Of a stretch of DNA of 64,000 bases, positions 29,441-40,679 are shown piece by piece. The notes under the pieces were generated by a model, which was not told where the DNA came from, did not search any database, and saw only the letters and a list, made by a program, of their open reading frames with translations. The position numbers were made by a program, and so were the translations under genes. The stretch covers positions 94,674,001 to 94,738,000 of the forward strand of contig NC_043005.1 of assembly GCF_006345805.1 (NCBI RefSeq), read 5' to 3'. This DNA comes from Octopus sinensis. Taxonomy: Eukaryota. The stretch's first letter is position 1; every line of letters starts with the position of its first letter.

Positions 29441-29728
29441 TTGCCACATAACATGTATATATACAGTCTTTGGTAACAGGGACATGTTAAGGACATAAAG
29501 AAGTACAACAGTGTGATGAGAATATTTGAAAAAATGGGCAGAAAAGAATAAAACAAATATATTATTGGAAGTTTGGTTGCGTTAATGATTGGTTGTTGCA
29601 AATTGCCACATTACATGTATATAAACAGTCTTTGGTAACAAGGACATCCTAATGACATAAGAAAGTACAACAGTGTGATGAGAATATTTGAAAAAATGGG
29701 CAGAAAAGATTAAAATGAATATATTATA
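29441..29728 (+). repeat. Diverged local duplication, period about 161 bp
   Basis: TTGCCACAT..CAGTCTTTGGTAACA..GTACAACAGTGTGATGAGAATATTTGAAAAAATGGGCAGAAAAGA occurs twice. Confidence 0.85.
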
Positions 29729-30295
29729 CATATGAATTCAAGGCAAGTTTGTTTACTGACCTGTCCGTTTTAGCAGAAATGTTGAATTGAGAAAGATGTA
29801 CCCGTTTTTTTTCTGTTTATGGCTTTCCTTCAAGCATCAATGATTTTGGAGTTAGGATGAGGTGAATATATGTGTCTCTCTGCGTGTGTGTGAATAGATG
29901 TGTCTGTGTGTCTGTAGTATTTGGTCAGATGGCGTCTGTTTGTCAAGTGTGTGTGGTTGTCATGGTGTTGTGTGTGCGTGCGCGTGTGCGTGTGCGCGTG
30001 CGCGTGTACGCACGCATGAGTGTGGATGGCATTTGACATGGTGCTGCGTGTGTATATATGTGCCTGTATGGAGGTGAGACTGGTGTGAGTGTGCGTGCCC
30101 CTGTGTGCGTGCACACACACGTATACAAGCGTCTGCGTGTGTGTGGGGTCTGTTTTTGAATGGTTCCCGGGTGGCGAAAATAGATGTGTGTTGTTTAAAG
30201 AATTTTTGGGGGTAGGATGGTGTGTGTATATATGCGTGCCCGCCCGTGCGCGCCTACGCGTGTGTGCGGGCCATACATATATATATATATATATA

Positions 30296-30333
<38 letters not shown>

Positions 30334-30335
<2 letters not shown>

Positions 30336-30496
30336 CGCAGGAGTGGCTGTGTGGTAAGTAGCTTGCTAACCAGCCACATGGTTCCGGGTTCAGTCCCACT
30401 GCGTGGCATCTTGTGCAAGTGTCTTCTGCTATAGCCCCGGGCCGACCAATGCCTTGTGAGTGGATTTGGTAGACGGAAACTGAAAGAAGCCTGTCG

Positions 30497-30554
<58 letters not shown>

Positions 30555-30763
30555 TTGTGTGTCTGTGTTTGTCCCCCTAGCATTGCTTGACAACCGATGC
30601 TGGTGTGTTTACGTCCCCGTCACTTAGCGGTTCGGCAAAAGAGACCGATAGTACTGGGCTTATAAAGAATAAGTCCCGGGGTCGAGTTGCTCGACTAAAG
30701 GCGGTGCTCCAGCATGGCCGCAGTCAAATGACTGAAACAAGTAAAAGAGTAAAGAGTAAAGAG
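30334..30763 (+). mobile_element. SINE family A, full length
   Basis: A-box-like TGGCTGTGTGG, B-box-like GGTTCAGTCCC, same tail as 19284-19341. Confidence 0.9.
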
Positions 30764-30807
30764 TATATATATGCATTCATACATATATATAGACATACAC
30801 ACACACC

Positions 30808-30990
30808 TTTATTCTTTTACTTGTTTCAGTCATTTGACTGCTGGAGCATCGCCTTTAGTCGAGCAAATCGACCTCAGGACTTATTCTTTGTAAGCGTAGT
30901 ACTTATTCTATCGGTCCTTTTGCTGAACCGCTAAGCTACGTGGACGTAAACATACCGGTTGTCAAGCGGTTGTGGGGGACAAACACAGAC
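30808..30990 (-). mobile_element. SINE family A, tail half, tail-to-tail with the previous copy
   Basis: Reverse complement of about 30570-30760. Confidence 0.8.
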
Positions 30991-32055
30991 ACCTAAACAT
31001 ATATACTCACATACATATACGGAAACGGAAAGAAGCCCGTCGTATACACAAACACATGCATGTGCGTGTGTGTGTGTGTGTGTGTATGTGTGTGTGTGTG
31101 TAGATCTATGTGTATGTGCCTGTATATGTACTTTTGTTTATCCCCAACACCGCTTGACAACTGTCTTTGGTTTGTTTATCCCCTTCGGAGAACCTTTATT
31201 CCTCCTCAGATACAATCGTATATCATGTAGTCTGTAACAGCACCCTTCTATAGCTGTGAAGATGGATGACCTACACTCGTCACATTAAAGCTTCGGAGCG
31301 CTTCCAAATGAGCTGCCTTTCGCGAATCTAGGGAATTACCAGTCTCAAGCTTGTGCCTCACACGAAAGTCTTATATATGTAGATCAGCTTCTGAAGGCTT
31401 GTCGCCATGATTAACTACTGCATGTTACAGTGGATGGGGCGTTTGATTTGTCTGCGAATTCTAGCAGATCGAGCGACCGTTAAAGTCATCATCTCTGGTT
31501 TGTTGTTGTTACCGCTGTTGTTGTTACCGCTGTTGTTTGCTGTTGTTGTTGTTTATTATTAACTCCAATTTAATTCTGATTGAACAGTCCTATGATGAAG
31601 GGGTTCATTTTGTATAACAGAGGTGATGTTGCCTGATGTATCTTTATTTAACGAGTTAGCTGTGATTGGTAGGAAATTTGATTGCTATCTCTAGCAGGAT
31701 GTACAATTGGTTTGAGGTCTCCTCAAAGGCTCGAGGAGTGATAATAGTTCTCACCATTTGAGAACTTAATAGTATTTTGACAGAAAGACGAATAATCTGC
31801 TTTTCATACTTGTTCCCTCTGTCTGTGTATCTGTCTGCTTGTCAGTCTCTCTTTTCCTCATTCTCTTTCTGTATTTCCTTCTCTCTCTTTTTCTCTTCCT
31901 TTCTCTCTTTGTTCTGGCACTTTCTTACTCTTTCACACATTCAGTCTGAGGACTTCCTGTCGGCTGGCTCCTGTTTGACCTTTGCTACAGTGTTCTATTT
32001 TAGAGATATCAATCAGTCTCCATTTGCCTACTTGTTCCTCTTCATCTCTCTCTCT

Positions 32056-32092
<37 letters not shown>

Positions 32093-32098
32093 CTCTCT

Positions 32099-32130
<32 letters not shown>

Positions 32131-32359
32131 ACGAAATATCACAAGATATTTTGTTCAATGCTCTGCCAATTCTGTCATCGACCATTATATTAGGATGTTT
32201 GGAAAGAAATTACGAATTTCACAGCTATAAATTTTATTCAACCAACCAAGGCATTGCAGAAAACGTCGTCTAAATCTAGTTTGTCATCTCGTCGATCCGG
32301 AAGTCTGCCGTTTATTGTGTACAGTTTGACCCCACGGAAGATAAAAACCTTAAAGATTA

Positions 32360-32870
32360 ATATATTCGCTGTTGCTCACTGTATGAATTTCGAAATGGTA
32401 GTACTACTACTACACAGGCAATGAAAAACATCTGTGGTGTACATTGTGATGCAGTAATCGCTCGTAAATGCCAGCTGTGGTTTCAGAAGTTTAAAAATAG
32501 CGATTAGGATCTCTCTGATAAGCGTTTCACTGAAAGTCGAAACACTTTGGATGACAGTCTTATGAGAGAAACAGTTGAGTTAGATCTTTGCCGTAGCATC
32601 AAAGATTTGGCACAGTATCTGAATTTGCCATGTTCAATTGTCCATGATAACCTCACGCGAATTGAGAAACAGTGTAAACACGGATTTTGACCTCCCATTG
32701 TTTTTTCATATGAAGAAAAATGTGTCCAATATGTGAGAACAAAAAAAAAACCTGATAGTAAAGGTATCAATAAATAAAAAAAATCAATACCAACACCGAA
32801 ACCAAAACTTCAGCCACAGAATTCTTTGCTGCGTGTCTGGTAGTACAACAGGACTTTATCTCTACAGAAT
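32360..32870 (+). pseudogene. mariner transposase relic (N-terminal HTH region)
   Basis: CCSLYEFRNG..TQAMKNICGV..AVIARKCQLWFQKFKN resembles the mariner N-terminus; degenerate LLCVW further on. Confidence 0.6.
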
Positions 32871-33215
32871 CTTTATGTCCCTGATAGAACATATTTGTGT
32901 GTGTGTGTGTGTGTGTGTGTGTTAAAGACTGTGATTTGACGAAGATTCAGCTGCTATTTCTGACAGATCAAGCGATGACTTAAATTTAAATTCGTTAGCT
33001 CGTCGCACCAGCAAACCCCCAAAACACGCCCAATCGTATTAAAAACGGGACATATTAGACATTATAACCTAGGAGACACTACTGCTTTCACTTTACATAT
33101 GTTTTGTCAGAATATCAGTAAAATATAGAATTTCCACAGACTTGCCTAAAGTATCACTGTTTGCTTTCTGTTTCACCTTTGGATATGTGAGTCAAAGAAT
33201 TCACATGCACGAAGC

Positions 33216-33452
33216 CGATGGTTCTCAACCTATTTTTGCCTATGGATTCCTTTGGTTCCTATTTTACTCTACTGGAGCTCCATAGCCTTTCAACATGGAT
33301 AAAATCCTTCATAATTAAATACCATTAGGAATTGTATAAAACAAAATTGTGTATTGAAGAAGCAAAAGCAATTTATTGCACATAAATTTTAACAACAAAA
33401 TCTTATATGGATCCCCAAGGGTCATATTATGGACCCCGGTTGAGAACCACTG
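33216..33452. mobile_element. hAT (Charlie-like) MITE
   Basis: Right end GGTTGAGAACCACTG; left end CGATGGTTCTCAACC (two mismatches); no 8-bp TSD recognisable. Confidence 0.55.
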
Positions 33453-33868
33453 AACTACTCATGATTCTTCTGGGGTCCTGACCGCTCCTTTAATCGGTAT
33501 TTGCTACTTTTTACATTTAACTTCAGATTTTGTACGAAATATAAAGGAAATACTTTCATTGCGAAATCGTTTTTAATCATTACAAATGTAATTCCTTCCC
33601 CACTGTCTTTTGTGTAACAACTTGGGCACTAACAAGCAGTTCTTCAAGTTTTCTATTCCGTTTCGTTGATTTCACACGTCTGCAACAGGAACGCTCCGCA
33701 CATTTGATATGGGCGAAAACGTGTCCGATTTTTATCGCTACGATAATGAAAACAGTTCCACATAGTTTATGCATAGTATAACTACTCCTCCATAAAAACG
33801 GATGTGCACATAAACATAGAAATGCATTAAAAGTTATGAGCATACATAAAAAAAAAAAAAAAGAAACA

Positions 33869-33927
33869 GCGGTGGTGTCCCAGCATGGCCGCGGCCTTCG
33901 GGCTAAAACACTTTTAAGGATTTAAGG
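33869..33927 (+). mobile_element. Very short CR1-type 3' end stub
   Basis: GGTGGTGTCCCAGCATGGCCGC matches the LINE 3' end at 22594; ends in TTTAAGGA repeats. Confidence 0.5.
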
Positions 33928-34773
33928 AAATACATATGTATACATACACATGTTGATGTAGCCTGCTGAGTCAACAAGTTATAGAATATGTGGAATAGGA
34001 TTTTTGCTAACAAAAATGTAGAAATGTGTCAGCGATATGTGAGTCATCATTACTAGTTAGTTGATAATAGGCTCCCAAACTTGATGAGTTAATATTTCTA
34101 AATGATTGTTTGAATTTCGGATTTTAAAGAGTCCATTTCGCTCTATACCATTCCTTGAATTCAATAAAAATAAAAATAGGAGAAATCGATAAGAATAAAT
34201 TCAATCACCGAAAAGAAAATTTTGGTCTGATGCATTAGACAGACAAAATGTCAAGAGGTACTTTATTAATTTACGTTGCAATTTTTGTTCAAATCTCAGC
34301 AAGGTGCCAGAGAAAAGCTGAGGTCAAATTAATCGACTATAATCCTCTTCCAAATCGACTGTTCTCCTCCCTTCATGTACCAATGTTAGAAACCAACTAC
34401 TATATTGTCATGTAGCAACATGTGCTTGAGTGTTGTGATTTTAAACCAGAGGTTCTGAAACAGGCTCCTGGCAATGTTCGGTCCATCCTCCGTTTCAGTT
34501 TTATGAACTAAATTATATCTCAGTGCGCCTCATTGAAACAATGAAAAAGGTTATAAATGCATATACGCAAAAGAAAGTGTTCTATTCTTCTTTCCCTTTG
34601 TCGATATAAACCGAACCAACACGGATTCATCTGAATGGATTCTAGTGATATGAACGGTATGGAAAGGCACTGTCACTCCTCTCCTTGTAAAAACATAAAC
34701 ATATTCTGTACAAAATGTATTGAATAATTCTTGAGCTTAATATTAAATTGTTTTTCTTATAATGTGACATGAA

Positions 34774-34822
<49 letters not shown>

Positions 34823-35236
34823 TTGTCCTTTTTTAATAGACAACCAGTTCACCATGTTGAAAAGTGCTAATTTAAGGCATTTCAGCCGTGAGCATGCCAT
34901 CATATTTTCAGATACAGTGTATCTAGATCGACATTATCCTATTTGGTCTTTCCTGTTCATAGATTTCATTGTGTCAATTCACGAGCATTTGAATTGATAC
35001 AATATTATATAAATAATTATGTCCAGCATGATTTCCTCATTATAAGTCCTTTGTAGGTGGTATTTGACTGCTATTTCTGTCAGATCTGATACGCCCCTCG
35101 GTGACTGCTGCGATGATTGGTGGCATACTAAGTTCAGTGGGTCACAAATCTGTGTCATGCATCTATCTTTGTATACACGCAGCTGTGAAGAGGTGACGAT
35201 GCATGTGTACAGCCTGCAGGCACAAAAGCAGGCACG

Positions 35237-35306
35237 TCTGTCTGTCAGCCTGTCTGTCTGTCTGTTTGCCTGTCTGTCTGTATATCTATCTGTCTGTCTG
35301 TCTGTA

Positions 35307-35395
<89 letters not shown>

Positions 35396-35660
35396 GTCTG
35401 TCTGCCTGTCTGTCTGTATGTATGTATGTATGTATGTATGTTTGTATATCTATCTGTCTGTCTATCTGTCTGTCTGTCTGTATAGCTATCTGTCTGTCTG
35501 TCTGTGTGTGTGTATGCATGCATGCATGCATGTATGTATGTATGTATGCATGTATGTATGTATGTATGTATGTATGTATGTATGTATGTATGTATGTATG
35601 TATGCATGCATGCATGTATGTATGTATGTATGTATGTCTGCCTGTATGTATGTATGTATG
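35237..35660. repeat. Compound (TCTG)n/(TCTA)n/(TATG)n microsatellite
   Basis: Direct reading. Confidence 0.96.
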
Positions 35661-35904
35661 CAGATCAGCACATTGCATTGTATTTGTATATGTTAATTAA
35701 TTAATTCAATAAATTTAAACTTCCTGGTGAAACTTTCAGGTTATTACAGACTGAGAAAAGTGATTAGTTTTTCAATCAGTCTCCCTCTGTTTTCCTCTCT
35801 CCTAATAATTATTTCTTGGTGGGGTGGCGAAATTTTAGCTCCTTTCTTGCTTGCCTTTAGTTTCTCTTTTCTCCCCTTTTTATTCTTTTCACTTTTATCT
35901 TTTA

Positions 35905-36629
35905 CTAGCAGTATCGCCCGGCGTTGCTCGGGTTTGTTTCGACCCTTTAGAATTGGAATTTTTGAAAAGTAAAAATTTTGCATTATGTAGCTTGTTATTC
36001 TCTTTAAGTGAACATTTTTCTGGTTGAAAAACACCGAAAAATGGCGACACAGCAGTCAAAAATCGTAAAAAATAGGGATTTTCATAGAAAAAAAGCACCT
36101 TTTTGATGTAAATAAGTCTTGGTGTTACATGGTCCGATTTGAATTTTTCTTCTACGGAAGGAAGAGCAAGCCTTCTTCTATCATACTCTCAATTTTGGTC
36201 AACTTACGCCGCAGGGTCTCGGAGGAGATAGTGTTAGTTGAAGGCTCTTCTTCAGACTCCGCCGGTTACGACGACGAGGGTCCCAGCTGATACGATCAAC
36301 GGAACAGCTTGCTCGTGAAATTAACGTGCAAATGGCTGAGCATTCCACAGACACGTGTACCCTTAACGTAGTTCTCGGGGATAATCAGCGTGACACAGAG
36401 AGTGACAAGGCTGACCCTTTGAAATACAAGTACAACTCATTTTTGCCAGCTGAGTGGACTGGAGCAACGTGAAATAAAGTGTCTTGCTCAAGGACACAAC
36501 GCGTCGCCGGGAATCGAACTCACAACCTTACGATCATGAGCCGAATGCCCTAACCACTAAGCCACGCGCCCTCACAGTTGAAGGCTACCAAACCTGCCAC
36601 ACACACACAGACAACTTCAGCTTTATAGA
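35905..36629 (-). mobile_element. Non-autonomous Helitron (family H1) interrupted by a SINE
   Basis: Minus strand A|TCTATAAAGCTGAAGTTG ... CCCGAGCAACGCCGGG hairpin, CGATACTGCTAG|T; uninterrupted homologue at 58737-59129. Confidence 0.85.
36247..36575 (-). mobile_element. tRNA-derived SINE, family C, full length with 11-bp TSD
   Basis: A box TGGCTTAGTGG, B box GTTCGATTCCC, CORE-like CCTTGAGCAAG; AGTTGAAGGCT at 36236-36246 and 36576-36586, single at the empty site near 59072. Confidence 0.92.
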
Positions 36630-37049
36630 TTTGTTTCAGTCATTCGACTGCAGCCATGGTGAGCCACAGCTTTGAAACGTTTTTGTCGAACAAATTCGGT
36701 ATTAATTGTATGACTGAACTCCTATGTTACGGAACATAAACAAAGCAACACCGATTATCAAGCAGTGGTGGTGGAGAACAAACCTAAAGATACATGCATG
36801 TATATACACGCCCGTACGCACACACACACGCACACACACACACAGACACACACACGCACACGCACACACACATAAATATGGACATGCACGCGCGCGCACA
36901 CATACACACATATATACATATATGTATCAGTGGCTTCCACACATTTTCTGTCTATCAAATTTACTCACAAGTCATTGTGTCGGTCCTGGGTTACAGAAGA
37001 ACCGCGCTGTATGTACATACATATACATACATACATACATATATATATG

Positions 37050-37116
<67 letters not shown>

Positions 37117-37202
37117 TGTATATATATATTGTATACATATATATATATACACATATACATATATATATATATATATTATATTATATATATATAATATATA
37201 TA

Positions 37203-37233
<31 letters not shown>

Positions 37234-37264
37234 CATATAGATATATACATATATATAGACTCTT

Positions 37265-37646
37265 TCACTCTTTTATTTTTTTTACTTGTTCCAGTCATTT
37301 GACTGTGGCCATGCTGGAGCCCCGCCTTTTGTCGAGCAAATCGACCCCAGGACTTATTATTTGGAAGCCTAGTACTTATTCTATCGGTCTGTTTTGCCGA
37401 ACCGCTATGTGACGGGGACGTAAACACACCAGCATCGGTTGTCAATACACACACTCACACACACACATATAGGCATATACATATATACGACGGGCTTCTT
37501 TCAGTTTCCGTCTACCAAATCCACTCACAAAGCTTTGGTCGGCCCGAGGCTATAGTAGAAGACACTTGCCCAAGGTGCCACGCAGTGGCACCGAACCCGG
37601 AACCATGTGGTTGGTAAGCAAGCTACTTACCACACAGCCACTCCTA
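37265..37646 (-). mobile_element. SINE family A, full length
   Basis: Reverse complement of 18958-19341. Confidence 0.9.
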
Positions 37647-37991
37647 CGTATGTATTATGTATATATGTATGTATATAAATACACATACATTGAGAGGGAG
37701 AGTGGGAGGATTGATGAATAACGTAGATAGTATGTTTATACCTCCGTCTCCGTATCGATTCCATATCTCACTCCGTCCCTCTCTCCCGCTCAGTCCCCAC
37801 CCTCTCTCTCTCTTTCACTCTCCTTCATGATTTGTCAACCTATTTGCCAAAGGTCAGATGGTTTCACTTGCTCTTTGTTACAAGAATTATCTTTAACACC
37901 TCATGATTCGTTTTCTCTTCATTCCGGACGTAATTTTAATTAAGTGAAACTTTTGAAGTTCCACTGTTAGATGCGTTGGTTTCCATTTAAC

Positions 37992-38074
<83 letters not shown>

Positions 38075-38083
38075 GTCTATCTG

Positions 38084-38168
<85 letters not shown>

Positions 38169-38235
38169 CTACCTACCTGTTTGTCTATCTGTCTGTTTGT
38201 TTCTCTGTCTGCCTGCTTGTCTGTCTGTCTGTCTG

Positions 38236-38313
<78 letters not shown>

Positions 38314-38340
38314 GTATGTCTATCTATCTGTCTGTCTGTC
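37992..38340. repeat. (TCTA)n/(TCTG)n microsatellite with no adjacent Tx1 sequence
   Basis: Direct reading. Confidence 0.96.
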
Positions 38341-38934
38341 TGCATGTAAGCCTGTATGTTTATCTGTCTGTCAAACTATATGTACTTATGTGTGATTATG
38401 GTTTCGTGTCAATTCAAGCCTTATGAATGAAATATTTAGAGAGAATTGCATTGAAGCTTGTTGGATTGATTACGTCTGCCATTCAAAGGGTCATCCTTCT
38501 TATACACAATATTCCGCTGAATATTAAGTTAATGATACAAGATGCTAATCCAATGAACTGATGCAATGTTTAAGTCCACTAAACAACTTAGTTATTCGCA
38601 GTCGACATCGACAGCAGATCCCTTTACTTGAACGTATGTATCTCAGCCTGTCTATCTTTTATTATTATACTAAAATTAAGATGACTAGATGGCAGATTGG
38701 TCAGACCGTTGGAAATAATGTTTCGAGATAATTCTTCCTGCTTTTCACCTTTTGATTATAATTCCCGTCGAGGCCAACTTTGCATATCGTTCTTTTGGAA
38801 CCGATCAGATAAACTATCACTCAAGCACTAGGGCAGATGATCAGCAAGACCCCGCCCTTCAAAACTGTTAACCTTGTTCCTAAATTGGAAGCCTTTGTTA
38901 CATTAAAATATTAGACGACAACTTAGCATTTAAA

Positions 38935-39150
38935 GTGGCGAGCTGGCAGAATCATTAGCATGCCGGACAAAATGCTTAGCGGCTTTTCTTCCGTCTTTAC
39001 CTTCTGAGTTCAAATTCCGCCGAACTCGATTTTTGCCTTTCATTCTTTTGGGTGTCGATAAAATAAGTACCAGTTGAGCACTGGAGTCGATGTAATCGAC
39101 TAAACCCTTGCTCCTAAATTGCTGGCCTTGTGCCAAAATTTGAAACCACT
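38935..39150 (+). mobile_element. SINE family B, tail type 2
   Basis: GGCGAGCTGGCAGAA head, GAGTTCAAATTCC B box, tail AAATTGCTGGCCTTGTGCCAAAATTTGAAACC. Confidence 0.88.
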
Positions 39151-39871
39151 GTTACATTAAGAGAGGGCTGCAAGCTGGCAAGAATGGTTAGAGCGTCAGA
39201 AAATTACCGTGTTGTCTTTTTCCTGTTCTTTACGTTCTACAATCAAATCCGCCGAGGCGTTGGTATGGTCACAGCGTTTCGGCCATTCTCACATACAGCA
39301 ACATTGTCCGAATTTCATCAAATCTATGACGGTGGATTCCTCTCATTCCATTGTACGTAACATAAATACTTTCATGTTAGATGTTCTTCTCGATGCAACT
39401 TGCTCGCTCCGCCTAAACCACCGATTTAACTCACCAACTAAATTACTACACATAATCACATTTATATTCAGTTTCCTATTGCTCCATAGGAGAAATCAGT
39501 AATATAAATTAGAAGCCTGAAACATAATCATTTGCATAGTCTAATCAGATTTAAAGTTCTTTCTTCATTAGTTATAAAGAATATTAAACCAACAGCCATT
39601 AAATGTTAGGTTTAAAGCTCTTAATTTACATTCATCAAGTTATCCTACGGGGTAATAGCCTAATGATTATAAAGGTGGATTAAATGTAATAATTTACCTC
39701 GTGGGCGTGAATTTCATTCGTGGTTAAAGTAGAACGGTTAAACGGCATCAGAACGAAATGAGAACAATCTACTCCTGCTGACTTAATATAAAATCGGTTT
39801 GAAAACCGATGAACGTTGCCGAATACGTCAGGTACCTGAAGAAGGCCGCAGGTTACAACAACCGAAATATT

Positions 39872-40268
39872 CTTTTGTACTCTAGGCACAAGGCCCAAAA
39901 TTTTTGGGGAGGGGTCTAGTCGATTAGATCGACCTTAGTACGCAACTTAGTACTTAATTTATCGATCCCTAATGGATGAAAGGCAAGGTCGACCTCAGCG
40001 GAATTCGAACTCAGAACGTAACGGCAGACGAAATACCTATTTCTTTACTACCCACAAGGGACTAAACACAGAGATGGCAAATAAGGACACAAAAACGGAT
40101 TAAGTCGACTATATCGACCCCAGTGCGTAACTGGTACTTAATTTATCGACCCCAAGAGGATGAAAGGTAAAGTCGACCTCGGCGGAATTTGAACTCAGAA
40201 CGTAGCGGCAGACGAAATAGCGCTAGGCATTTCGCCCTGTGTGCTAACGTTTCTGCCAGCTCGTCGCC
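39872..40268 (-). mobile_element. Dimeric or nested SINE family B (tail-1 unit followed by tail-2 unit) with one TSD pair
   Basis: TTACAACAACCGAAATATT at 39853-39871 and 40269-40287; body repeated; junction at 40036/40037. Confidence 0.88.
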
Positions 40269-40369
40269 TTACAACAACCGAAATATTGTGGCAAAAACAA
40301 CCGATAAGGGGAAATCAGTCTGAATATATAAATGCATCATAATGCTACTCTCTCACCCTTACTCTCCCC

Positions 40370-40482
<113 letters not shown>

Positions 40483-40510
40483 CGGATGTGATGTCGTTTC
40501 AGCTCCGAAG

Positions 40511-40676
40511 GTAATCATTTATTTTGACTATTTATAGGCCAATTTTTGTGTAGATTTTTGCAAATAAGGTGTGTAAGGCAACCAACTTTCATTTGAGTGC
40601 TTTTCCAAGGGAGGAATTCGCCCCTAGGGGCAGTTTCGACCCCATTTCATTTCTGTTATTTTCTTCTCGACATTAG
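40511..40676 (+). other. Putative spliceosomal intron in the 5' UTR of Tx1 copy C
   Basis: AAG|GTAATC donor at 40511; branch-like TTTCAT near 40645, pyrimidine tract, CATTAG ending 40676; ORF1 ATG at 40680. Confidence 0.5.
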
Positions 40677-40679
40677 AAA

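Noticed and set aside
36500-36575. tRNA gene
   Set aside because: A and B boxes are present but run into a SINE body with a TSD; this is a tRNA-derived SINE head. No true tRNA or rRNA genes were seen
40483-40520. HDV-like ribozyme at the Tx1 5' end (CGGA..TCCG in C, TGGA..TCCA in B)
   Set aside because: Only a 4-bp helix can be drawn; the nested double pseudoknot could not be built
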